From assembly GCA_963666275.2 (NCBI GenBank), contig CAXXOA010000001.1, forward strand, positions 1,856,001 through 1,920,000: a stretch of DNA of 64,000 nt, read 5' to 3'. Position 1 is the first letter of the stretch. Each line of letters begins with the position of its first letter. The stretch is from Oceanispirochaeta sp. (GTDB lineage: Bacteria; Spirochaetota; Spirochaetia; DSM-2461). Of this stretch, positions 9,777 to 18,246 are shown piece by piece. The translations under genes and the position numbers were made by a program. The notes beneath the pieces were generated by a model, which saw only the letters and a program-made list of their open reading frames with translations, was not told where the DNA came from and made no database searches.

Positions 9777-11069
9777 TTAACGTTTTTTCAATGCGTTGCC
9801 GTGGGTTTCAAAACCCTCGTAATCAGCCAGATTAATCACATGGGGTTTCATTTCCTCCAGTCCGTTCTCAGTGACGTAGACAACAGAAGAGTATTTGATG
9901 AAATCCCGGACGGATACCGCCGAATAGGTTCTGGCGTTTCCTCCTGTAGGCAGAACCGCATTGGCTCCCACAGAATAGTTGGCAATCGAAAAGGGTGTAT
10001 TTTCCCCCAGAAGGATCTCTCCCGCGTTTGTAATGAGAGAGAGGGTCTGAAAAGGTTCTTTCGTCTGTATCTGGAGATGCTCGGGGGCAAAAAGGTTTAC
10101 AACCTCTGCAGCTTCATCAGGGGAGTCGGTCAGGATAATTCCACCGTAACCTTTAAACACATCTTCTACGAAACCTCTGCGCGGTTCTCCCAGTTCGGAA
10201 ACCAGGTTTTTTATATGTTCCTGAACCTGACTGCTGAGAGTTTCTGAATCTGTGATAAGAAGGGCTGATGAATCAGAGCCATGCTCTGCTTCTATAAGAA
10301 GATCCAGTGCGACTTTATAGGGATCCGCCGTGTCATCTGCCAGTACAATGGATTCGGAAGGACCTGCGGGCATACCGATATCAACAGAACCTGAAACCAG
10401 TCTTTTGGCGGCTGTTACGTACATACTACCCGGGCCATTCAATTTAACCACAGGTTTTATAGACTCAGTTCCATAGGCCAGTGCGGCGATGGACTGGGCT
10501 CCGCCTGTTTTATAGATTTCAGTCACGCCGCAGAGACGGGCGGCATAAAGGCATGCCGGGTCTATACTGCCGTCTTCTCCGGGAGGTGTTACGATACAGA
10601 CCCTGGGAACTCCCGCCACCACGGCCGGTACTGCCAGCATATAGAGCATGGAGGGGAAATTTCCCCGTCCTCTTGGTACATATAATCCGGCGGATTCTAT
10701 GGGAATCGCTTTTTCTCCGGCCAGGACTCCCGGACGGACTTCCATAAAATTCATGGCTTCCGGTTTCTGGGCTTCATGGAAGCGTTTTACATTTTCTACT
10801 GAGTAGGCAAGGGCGTCCTTAACCTCATCGGAAATAAGGGCTTCCGCCTGATCAAACTCTTCCTCAGATACCCGAAGGGACATATCCAGAGGAGTGCGAT
10901 CAAATTTATTGTTGAAAAATCTGACTGCTTTATCGCCATTGTTTTTAACATCATCAATAATTTCCTGAACAGACTCTTTGACTTCACTGATATCCAGTTC
11001 TGAACGTGATAAAAGAGACTGCTTTTTCTCTTCCGGTATGTTTTTCCATGAATAGATGTTAATAGTCAT
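9777..11069 (-). CDS. hisD: Histidinol dehydrogenase or close homologue (non-canonical ligands)
   Basis: GLYVP, GGAQSIAALAYGTESI, AGPSE, APEHL motifs; variant EAEH and NYSVGANAVLPT. Confidence 0.8.
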   Translation of the reverse strand: MTINIYSWKNIPEEKKQSLLSRSELDISEVKESVQEIIDDVKNNGDKAVRFFNNKFDRTPLDMSLRVSEEEFDQAEALISDEVKDALAYSVENVKRFHEAQKPEAMNFMEVRPGVLAGEKAIPIESAGLYVPRGRGNFPSMLYMLAVPAVVAGVPRVCIVTPPGEDGSIDPACLYAARLCGVTEIYKTGGAQSIAALAYGTESIKPVVKLNGPGSMYVTAAKRLVSGSVDIGMPAGPSESIVLADDTADPYKVALDLLIEAEHGSDSSALLITDSETLSSQVQEHIKNLVSELGEPRRGFVEDVFKGYGGIILTDSPDEAAEVVNLFAPEHLQIQTKEPFQTLSLITNAGEILLGENTPFSIANYSVGANAVLPTGGNARTYSAVSVRDFIKYSSVVYVTENGLEEMKPHVINLADYEGFETHGNALKKR

Positions 11070-11080
11070 GTTTATATTCC

Positions 11081-11425
11081 TTATATCATTGTCAGTTCGA
11101 CCCGGGTTCCGAGCCGGATAATATCACCGTTTTTAATTTTTATATATTTATCGGGAGATACGAGTCTACCATTTAAAAAGGTACCGTTACTACTCCCTTT
11201 ATCTTTGATAAAATAGCTCCCGCGGATCTGCTGGATCTCCATATGATACCGGGAGACCATGCTGTCTTCTATGACAAAATCGTTCTCTTTGGCCCGGCCG
11301 ATAGTCAGCTTACTGTGGACTTTGATCTCTTTTCCATTGAAAAGCAGGCAGTGGATACTTTTTTTCCCGATATTCCTGAGCCGTTTCCCCACCGGACTGG
11401 ACTGCATGATTGTATCGTCTTTCAT
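11081..11425 (-). CDS. FHA-domain protein
   Basis: IGR, VSRYH, SSNGTFLNG motifs. Confidence 0.92.
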   Translation of the reverse strand: MKDDTIMQSSPVGKRLRNIGKKSIHCLLFNGKEIKVHSKLTIGRAKENDFVIEDSMVSRYHMEIQQIRGSYFIKDKGSSNGTFLNGRLVSPDKYIKIKNGDIIRLGTRVELTMI

Positions 11426-11572
11426 AATTTCTTTTGCCTCTCTTTCTCTAAATATAGCAGACTCAGGGTTATAATAGGAATCTCTCAGATTAAAGGAATT
11501 CCGGACTTTTCAAGACTCTACTTTACTTTTATTTATACCGATATATATTATATAATAAAATCGGAGGCAACC

Positions 11573-12007
11573 ATGAAAGCCAGTGCGGATTTTCCGACAA
11601 TTAACAGTAAAAAACCCGATGGGTTGAGTCCGGCAGGGATTCCATACAAAGTTCTGATTATCGATGATTCCATTTTTGTCAGAAAACAGATCTCACAGAT
11701 ACTGACTTCTGAAGGTTATGAAATTGCAGGTCAGGCGGGAGACGGAGTTGAGGGAATAGAGATGCTCAAAGAGCTGGTCCCCAATGTCGATCTGATTACT
11801 CTTGATATAACAATGCCCAGAATGGATGGGGTAACCTGTCTTGGCGAACTTCTTAAAATCGATCCTGAAGTAAAAGTGGTTATGGTCAGTGCTCTTGGGA
11901 AACAGGACCTTGTAAAACAGGCCATTATGACGGGAGCAAAAAATTATATTGTCAAACCCCTGGACAGAAAAAAAGTTCTGGAAAGACTGAAATCTGTTCT
12001 GGAATAG
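11573..12007 (+). CDS. cheY: CheY-type response regulator (spirochaete-style N-terminal extension)
   Basis: Start moved to ATG 11573 after SD GGAGG; IIDDS, LDITMPRMDG, SALG, YIVKP motifs. Confidence 0.88.
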   Translation: MKASADFPTINSKKPDGLSPAGIPYKVLIIDDSIFVRKQISQILTSEGYEIAGQAGDGVEGIEMLKELVPNVDLITLDITMPRMDGVTCLGELLKIDPEVKVVMVSALGKQDLVKQAIMTGAKNYIVKPLDRKKVLERLKSVLE

Positions 12008-12700
12008 TCAGCGGCGAATTTCAGTAGCACAGTTGTGAAACTGAAATTCCTTCTGATACAGGGACAGAGTGTCCGCGGAAACAGGGGGAAGGCTGTTACA
12101 CTCTTCACTCAGACAGTTTCCCGGTTTAAACCCGCTGATAAAGTGGGGGCTTGTATCAATGATTTCGGCTAATGCAGGAATATCTTCCATCGGAAGGAGT
12201 GAGGGCAGCAGGGTTGTCCTGAACTCATAATTCCTGGATGAGACATTTTTCTGAAGCCATATGACAGATTCCCTGATTTTATCGGGAGTATCCGAGTCGC
12301 CTCCCAGAAGGGAATATTTTTCGGGAAGGACTTTTATATCCATGGCAATATAATCGGCTCTGATTTCCCTGATTCTATCGGGTTTCAATCCGTTTGTATC
12401 AATTTTTACAGGGAGATGGGTCAATTTCCTGATTGTATCTATGAAGGCCTGAAGTCCGGGATATAAAAGGGGCTCCCCTCCTGATAAAACAACCCCTCCC
12501 AACAGGGGAGCCCGGAATTCTAAAAATTCTAAAATTTTATTTCGGGTTAAAAGACCCTCTGATCTTCCCAGTGCCAGATCGGGATTGTGACAGTAGGGAC
12601 AGCGAAGGTTGCACCCCGGGAAGAATATGACAGGGGCAATCTTCCCGGGATAGTCAACCAGAGACGTTTTCTGCAGTCCGAAATAAGAGGGAATCCCCAT
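12008..12700 (-). CDS. nrdG: Anaerobic RNR activating enzyme (radical SAM)
   Basis: SLVDYPG, GCNLRCPYCHN, SGGEP, DTNG, YEFRTT motifs; last gene of the nrd operon. Confidence 0.93.
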   Translation of the reverse strand: MGIPSYFGLQKTSLVDYPGKIAPVIFFPGCNLRCPYCHNPDLALGRSEGLLTRNKILEFLEFRAPLLGGVVLSGGEPLLYPGLQAFIDTIRKLTHLPVKIDTNGLKPDRIREIRADYIAMDIKVLPEKYSLLGGDSDTPDKIRESVIWLQKNVSSRNYEFRTTLLPSLLPMEDIPALAEIIDTSPHFISGFKPGNCLSEECNSLPPVSADTLSLYQKEFQFHNCATEIRR

Positions 12701-12702
12701 TC

Positions 12703-13215
12703 TCAGGCAATAGCCGCAGATTTCTGAAAAAGTTCATTAACCTCTTTTGGGTTTCCGGTTCTGTAAAGTTCACTTCCGTTTTTATCAAAGAAAACAACTG
12801 TTGGAGCTGAAAATATACTCAGGGCAGATGCTTCTTCCATTCCCGCTTCGGTATCTACATTAAAGGAACGGGATGTCAGTTCCACACCCTCAAGAGCTTC
12901 TTTCATGGGAGGACAGTTGGGACAGGTGTTCCGATAGAAAAAGGAATAGGACCAGAAGGTACTGTTATCGGAGATTTCATCAGTAGAAGCTTCCCGGGAG
13001 GGCTCTGAAAGTTCTTCCCGAATTTCTCTTCCCGTTAATCTGGAAAATGTCACCCGGTCCTTGTATTCTCCCTGCTTTCCCAGGTTCCAGTTCCTGACGG
13101 ATCTGTAATAGCCTACGATTCGGGAATAGACTTCTGTTTCCTGTCCCTGAACGGTATTGATTTTTTCTTTTAAACGGGTGATTTCCTGATCAATTGCTGT
13201 AATTTCATCTGTCAT
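12703..13215 (-). CDS. Stand-alone NrdD C-terminal glycyl-radical segment fused to a glutaredoxin/thioredoxin-like domain
   Basis: TEVYSRIVGYYRSVRNWNLGKQGEYKDR glycyl-radical motif, then CPNC and SAPT(V) redoxin motifs. ATG 13215 is preceded by GGAGG at 13227-13231 (alternative GTG start at 13227). Confidence 0.9.
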   Translation of the reverse strand: MTDEITAIDQEITRLKEKINTVQGQETEVYSRIVGYYRSVRNWNLGKQGEYKDRVTFSRLTGREIREELSEPSREASTDEISDNSTFWSYSFFYRNTCPNCPPMKEALEGVELTSRSFNVDTEAGMEEASALSIFSAPTVVFFDKNGSELYRTGNPKEVNELFQKSAAIA

Positions 13216-13216
13216 G

Positions 13217-15352
13217 TTATTTCGCACCTCCCTGGGCGATTAATTGAGCTTTTTTATTTTCCAGTTCTTCAATCTGATTTTTCAGCTTTTCCTTCTCTTC
13301 CTCCCGGCAAAGGGGACAGTTGAAGTGCTCACCGCTGAGATAACCGTGGATTTTACAGATGGAAAAAGTGGGTGATATGGTGAAATAGGGGAGTCTGTAA
13401 TTATAGGCTATTGTTTTAACAAGCTCCTGGCAGGCTCTCCAGTCGTTGATGGATTCTCCCAGAAATCCATGAAAAACAGTTCCGCCCGTATAGCGGGTCT
13501 GCAGATCATCCTGGAAATCCATGGCTTCGAAAATATCCCTTGTATAGTCCACAGGCAGCTGTGTGGAATTGGTATAATAGGGATTGTCTTCTGTACCGGA
13601 AGTGAGAATATCGGGATAGTGTTTTTTGTCATGTCTGGCAAGCCTGTAGCTTGTACTTTCTGCAGGGGTTGCTTCCAGATTGAACAGGTCTCCCGTTTCC
13701 TCCTGATAGTCGGCCAGTCTGTTTCTCATATGATCCAGAATTTCACAGGCAAAAGCCTTGGATTCGGCATCGGTGATATCTTTTCCCAGAAAATTCAGAA
13801 GACTTTCGTTCATTCCATTCAGACCGATGGTACTGAAATGGTTATTCAAATGCTTGAGGTATCGTTTTGTATAGGGGAAGAGTCCTGCCTGGAGAAGTCT
13901 GTTGATCACTTTCCTTTTGATGGTCAGGGACTGTTTTGCCAGATCCATAAGATAGTTAAGACGTTCAAAATATTCCGACCGGGAACGGGCAAGATATCCG
14001 ATCCGTGCCAGATTTATTGTGACAACACCGATTGAACCTGTAAACTCATCCGAACCGAAAAGACCGCCGCCCCGTTTTCTCAATTCCCTTTTGTCGAGCT
14101 GAAGCCGGCAGCACATGGATCTCACATCATCGGGATTGAGATCCGAATTGATGAAATTCTGAAAATAGGGTGTCCCGTACCGGGAAGTCATTTCAAAAAG
14201 CAGTTTGGCATTTTCAGAATCCCAGTCAAATTCTTTTGTCACGTTATAGGTGGGGATCGGATAGGCAAATCCTCTGCCGTCGGCATCGCCCTGGATCATC
14301 AGTTCGATAAAGGCCTTATTGATCATATCCATTTCACTGCGGCAGTCTCCGTAGGTGAAATCCTGTTCTGTTCCGCCTACAATGGCTTTTTTCTCCACCA
14401 GATCATCCGGGACTGTCCAGTCAAGGGTAATATTGGTAAAAGGAGCCTGGCTTCCCCATCGGGAGGGCGTATTGACTCCGAATATGAAGCTCTGGATACA
14501 CTGCTTCACCTCTTTGTAACTGAGGCTGTCAGCTTTTACAAAGGGAGCCAGATAGGTATCGAAACTGGACAGGGCCTGAGCACCGGCCCATTCGTTCTGC
14601 ATGATCCCCAGGAAGTTTACTATCTGAAAAATAAGGGTGGACAGATGACTTGCGGGTTTGGATGTTATCTTCTCTTTGACACCTCCCAGGCCCTCTTCGA
14701 TCAACTGACGGAGAGACCAGCCGGCACAGTATCCGCTGAACATGGAAAGATCATGGATATGCATGGCGCCGCTTTTATGAGCTTCGGCGATATCAGGTGA
14801 ATAGATATTTTTCAGCCAGTAGTTGGCGGTTATGGTTCCGGAGTTGTGAAGAATGAGTCCACCGAGAGAGAAATTCACATTGGCATTTTCATTGACACGC
14901 CAGTCGGACTGGGAAAGATAACCGTCCATTGTTTCATTGATGTTGAGCATCAGTTTGCGGGTATCGCGAATGGCTTCATGTTTTGCCCTGTAGAGGATAT
15001 AGGCCCGGGCGATTTCAACTTCGTTGTTTTCAATCAGAACCGTTTCGATCAGATCCTGAATTTCCTCTACCGCGGGAGCTGAATTGGGGTGTCTGTCCGA
15101 CATGAAGACGATCAGTTTGGCTTCGGTGCTTTTGGTAAGTTTTTCCGTCAGTTCAGGATCATTTCCATTCACGGCCTTCACAGCTTTTTCTATTGCCTCG
15201 CGGATCCTTTTCCTGTCGTAGGAAATAACCCTTCCATCCCTTTTTACAACCCGTTTGATAATGGATTCAGTCGGTGTGGGAGTGCTTTCCTCAATACCCA
15301 GAAAAGCCCTCCAGTCGTTTTGTGAATTCATTTCCCCTCCCGCATACTTCAC
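13217..15352 (-). CDS. nrdD: Class III ribonucleoside-triphosphate reductase large subunit lacking the glycyl-radical C-terminus
   Basis: ATP-cone (VVKRDGR), HIHDL, GYCAGW, SMCCRL, ATPAEST, YTGGTVFH and zinc site CKIHG...CPLC; no SRxxGY motif before the stop. Confidence 0.95.
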   Translation of the reverse strand: MKYAGGEMNSQNDWRAFLGIEESTPTPTESIIKRVVKRDGRVISYDRKRIREAIEKAVKAVNGNDPELTEKLTKSTEAKLIVFMSDRHPNSAPAVEEIQDLIETVLIENNEVEIARAYILYRAKHEAIRDTRKLMLNINETMDGYLSQSDWRVNENANVNFSLGGLILHNSGTITANYWLKNIYSPDIAEAHKSGAMHIHDLSMFSGYCAGWSLRQLIEEGLGGVKEKITSKPASHLSTLIFQIVNFLGIMQNEWAGAQALSSFDTYLAPFVKADSLSYKEVKQCIQSFIFGVNTPSRWGSQAPFTNITLDWTVPDDLVEKKAIVGGTEQDFTYGDCRSEMDMINKAFIELMIQGDADGRGFAYPIPTYNVTKEFDWDSENAKLLFEMTSRYGTPYFQNFINSDLNPDDVRSMCCRLQLDKRELRKRGGGLFGSDEFTGSIGVVTINLARIGYLARSRSEYFERLNYLMDLAKQSLTIKRKVINRLLQAGLFPYTKRYLKHLNNHFSTIGLNGMNESLLNFLGKDITDAESKAFACEILDHMRNRLADYQEETGDLFNLEATPAESTSYRLARHDKKHYPDILTSGTEDNPYYTNSTQLPVDYTRDIFEAMDFQDDLQTRYTGGTVFHGFLGESINDWRACQELVKTIAYNYRLPYFTISPTFSICKIHGYLSGEHFNCPLCREEEKEKLKNQIEELENKKAQLIAQGGAK

Positions 15353-15810
15353 TTTTTATCATTTAAAGATTCAATTACTTTTATAAACTCTTCTACATTC
15401 TCAAAATGCCTGTAAACAGAGGCAAATCTGACATAAGCGACCTTATCCAGTTGAAAAAGCTGGGTCATAATCAGCTCTCCCAACTCTTCTGAAGGGATCT
15501 CATGAGTAGATTTTCCACGGATATTGGCTTCATCTTCAATGGCATGGAGAATCGTATCGACCTGGAACTGGGAAATGGGCCTTTTTTCAATAGCCCTCTG
15601 CAAACCTCTTTCCAGTTTTTTTAAATCAAAAGGCTGACGGGTTTTATCTTTTTTTACAACCATCAGAGGGATTTCCTCGACTTTTTCATAGGATGTAAAA
15701 CGATATCCGCAGGAAGCACACTCCCTCCGTCGCCTGATAGAAGTTCCGCTAATGTTTTGTCTGGATTCAATTACCTTGTCATCCAGAGTTCCACAGAGAG
15801 GACATTTCAT
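15349..15810 (-). CDS. nrdR: Transcriptional repressor NrdR
   Basis: MKCPLCG...KVIESR...IRRRRECASCGYRFTSYE, ATP-cone, AYVRFASVY; start ATG 15810 after GGAGG. Confidence 0.97.
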   Translation of the reverse strand: MKCPLCGTLDDKVIESRQNISGTSIRRRRECASCGYRFTSYEKVEEIPLMVVKKDKTRQPFDLKKLERGLQRAIEKRPISQFQVDTILHAIEDEANIRGKSTHEIPSEELGELIMTQLFQLDKVAYVRFASVYRHFENVEEFIKVIESLNDKK

Positions 15811-15836
15811 CCATGCCTCCATGCCCTATATACGGG

Positions 15837-15898
15837 GCCCTACATAGTGTGTTAATTTGGTGTATTTTTACTATACCACACTAAATGTGGAACAACAA
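15837..15898 (-). promoter_or_regulatory. nrd operon promoter with tandem NrdR boxes
   Basis: Minus-strand TTGTTG-17-(TGn)TATAGT at 15898-15870; NrdR-box-like 16-mers at 15837-15852 and 15878-15893, 41 bp apart. Confidence 0.7.
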
Positions 15899-15957
15899 TC
15901 TTTCCGGGATGATTTTTACAAAAATATATTGAACAGCGATGAACTTATTCAGATCTA

Positions 15958-18162
15958 TTACTGCACATCTGTTAATGAGGAAAAGAGAATACTTTTCCTA
16001 AGTGTCATTTCTGTCTGAATTTGCATAAAATCCTTCTTGAGAAGGAGAGAATAGGGGGTGTCGTTGAAAATGACATCCAGAATAAAATCCGGTTTGGAGG
16101 ATTTTGAAAAAATCATGGGTATCCGGAGAGGAACGGGGGGGAATTCCCCTATAAATATTTCGGCACTTTTTTCGTCCGGGGCAACTTCATAGGGAAAAGG
16201 ACAGTCATAAAATACAATGGGATCCTCTGAAATGACATGGAGTCTTATGCCTGCTGGTTCCTGAAAGGAAGACACAGTCAGGGTTACCGAGCGTCTGTCC
16301 AGAAATGTATCTGTCTCCACCGCAGTTTCCAGAAGATCTTCCTGAATTTCCCCCTGAATTTTTATTTCAGTCCCCCCGTTGATCAGCGGTATGGAATTGT
16401 CATTGAAGATCAGTTCGCCGTCTCCGATGGCACTTTTGCTGCTGATTAGAATCTCCCGCATTCCTGAATCAAGATACTGTATATCCGACAGGATGACCCT
16501 CTGGGGAGCCCTGTCGCTGTAGGGTTCCAGATGCATTATATGATAGGAGAGAAAAAGTGCTGCCGATGCCCACCAGAGTATCCCCAGAGCACTTCTGACT
16601 TCTCTCCTGCTTTTTTCATAGTGATGATGATAGAAGCTGAGGCTGGTGATCATCGAGGTGAAGGGCAGAGATGCGAAGGTCAGAAAGACATTTCCCCTGA
16701 CTCTGGAAGTCAGAATGAAGTTGAAAAGATCTGTAGAGGACCCTGTAAAGACAGCCAGTGCCAGAAGGATCACCGGAGCCAGTGACAGATAGAAGAAGAT
16801 ATGTTTTCTGACTTTGTTTCTGGAGATATTGAAAAGTATGCTCATCAGAAGGATCCAGAGAAAGAATATGCTGAAAATTATGTTTATAAGAACACTGACG
16901 CATACGTTGATAAAAGCAAAGATAAAAGCCATATAGGAATAGAAAGTCGGGTTCTTGGGAAAAGGAAGCCCCTTGAGCAGATTCAGCATAAATCTTGAGA
17001 AGAAAAGGATCAGCGTAGCCTTGAAAAGAAAGAATACAAGGGGTTTCTGCGCAGCCAGTTCGGGATAGTTTCTGTAGACCAGAAGCTCTTCAATGATAAG
17101 AGTCGCCAGCATGGAAAACTGAAAGGTCAGATACATGATGACCGGGACTGTCCAAAGCTGATGACGAAACCGTTTATAGTTCAGATGAATCCGTCTTTCC
17201 TGGAATAGAGGGAACAGGACGGAAAGAGCAAAAAGAATGAGGAAAACCAGAACGATACTCTGTTCCTGTATAAGGATAAATTCGTTTTCCGAATAATTGA
17301 AAATCAGATAGTTATTGTCCCATTTCAGAGGGATTCCCGCGGAAAGCCCCCCGATCAGATTTGAGAGCATGAAAAACTGGTTATTCAGATTTCTTGACGT
17401 AACAGGCAGATTTGAATCCCCGGATACGGCGGTACTGATCGCAACGGAAGGGATCCCTTCAGAAAGGAAATAGGATATTGGCGGGTCCCTGTCGGGGACT
17501 CCTGTTTTATTCAGGAGCATGGAAGAAGTATTGTAATTGATGTTTACCCCGTTTTCCGAAGCGGCTGATCCGACTTTTTCCATTAACCAGGACGGGGCCG
17601 TATAACCGGGAACATCCCCTTTAATCTCTATGGTGTTCTCTGAAATATCAGGCCTGTAGTAGATGAGGGCCGATTGATTTTCATAAGAGTATCTTTCCAG
17701 AAAATCCAGAGATCCTAAAGGGTCTTCTCCCGGAAGATCAGCTCCTGTGATGAGAAAGATCAGCGTTAAAGGAGGTTTCTCTAGGCTGTATTTTCTTATT
17801 AGTTCCACGAGTACTGCTATATTGGCAAAGGAATTTCTGTTTCCCTTTATAGGTTGGATCAGAATCAGAACTTCCTCTTTCTCACCCGGAAGAGTCACGA
17901 TCATATTGAAGGAGAATGAGTGGGCAGATTCAATATTTTCAAGGGACTGATATTCATAGGCGATGCCCTCCCGGGAAAAGAGATCTGACAGATAGGCAAA
18001 GAGTCGGTTTTCATTCTGGGGATTTTCAGAAAGAGGAAAGAATCCTGAGAGGGTATCTCTGCTTTCTATCAGATTTTCATTCTGCGAAGAAGCTCCATAA
18101 AAAGGGAGAACTGAGAGGCATGTAAGGATAGTCAGTAAAATCAGTTGTTTAGGCTTCTTCAT
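15958..18162 (-). CDS. Multi-pass membrane protein with an N-terminal M28-peptidase-like domain (apparently degenerate)
   Basis: Signal peptide, NMIVTLPG / LIFLITGAD / GIPSVAI pattern, about 9-10 TM segments, soluble C-terminus. Confidence 0.65.
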   Translation of the reverse strand: MKKPKQLILLTILTCLSVLPFYGASSQNENLIESRDTLSGFFPLSENPQNENRLFAYLSDLFSREGIAYEYQSLENIESAHSFSFNMIVTLPGEKEEVLILIQPIKGNRNSFANIAVLVELIRKYSLEKPPLTLIFLITGADLPGEDPLGSLDFLERYSYENQSALIYYRPDISENTIEIKGDVPGYTAPSWLMEKVGSAASENGVNINYNTSSMLLNKTGVPDRDPPISYFLSEGIPSVAISTAVSGDSNLPVTSRNLNNQFFMLSNLIGGLSAGIPLKWDNNYLIFNYSENEFILIQEQSIVLVFLILFALSVLFPLFQERRIHLNYKRFRHQLWTVPVIMYLTFQFSMLATLIIEELLVYRNYPELAAQKPLVFFLFKATLILFFSRFMLNLLKGLPFPKNPTFYSYMAFIFAFINVCVSVLINIIFSIFFLWILLMSILFNISRNKVRKHIFFYLSLAPVILLALAVFTGSSTDLFNFILTSRVRGNVFLTFASLPFTSMITSLSFYHHHYEKSRREVRSALGILWWASAALFLSYHIMHLEPYSDRAPQRVILSDIQYLDSGMREILISSKSAIGDGELIFNDNSIPLINGGTEIKIQGEIQEDLLETAVETDTFLDRRSVTLTVSSFQEPAGIRLHVISEDPIVFYDCPFPYEVAPDEKSAEIFIGEFPPVPLRIPMIFSKSSKPDFILDVIFNDTPYSLLLKKDFMQIQTEMTLRKSILFSSLTDVQ

Positions 18163-18246
18163 TGCATCAAAGAATAGGAAAAAGAAAACCTCCGGGTCAA
18201 TACACAGTTTATTATATTATCAAATCTGTGCTATGATCTGAAGCAT

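Noticed and set aside
11243..11572. 110-aa N-terminal extension of CheY in the ORF track
   Set aside because: Overlaps the FHA gene antisense; a strong SD supports ATG 11573.
13200..13240. nrdD as a frameshifted pseudogene or programmed frameshift
   Set aside because: No slippery run at the junction. The downstream ORF has its own SD and ATG, both sides carry extra heptad helices, and all catalytic motifs are intact. A sequencing error cannot be formally excluded without reads.
13217..15352. Intein or group I/II intron in nrdD
   Set aside because: No intein terminal motifs, homing endonuclease or non-coding insert; the gap between the two ORFs is 1 nt.
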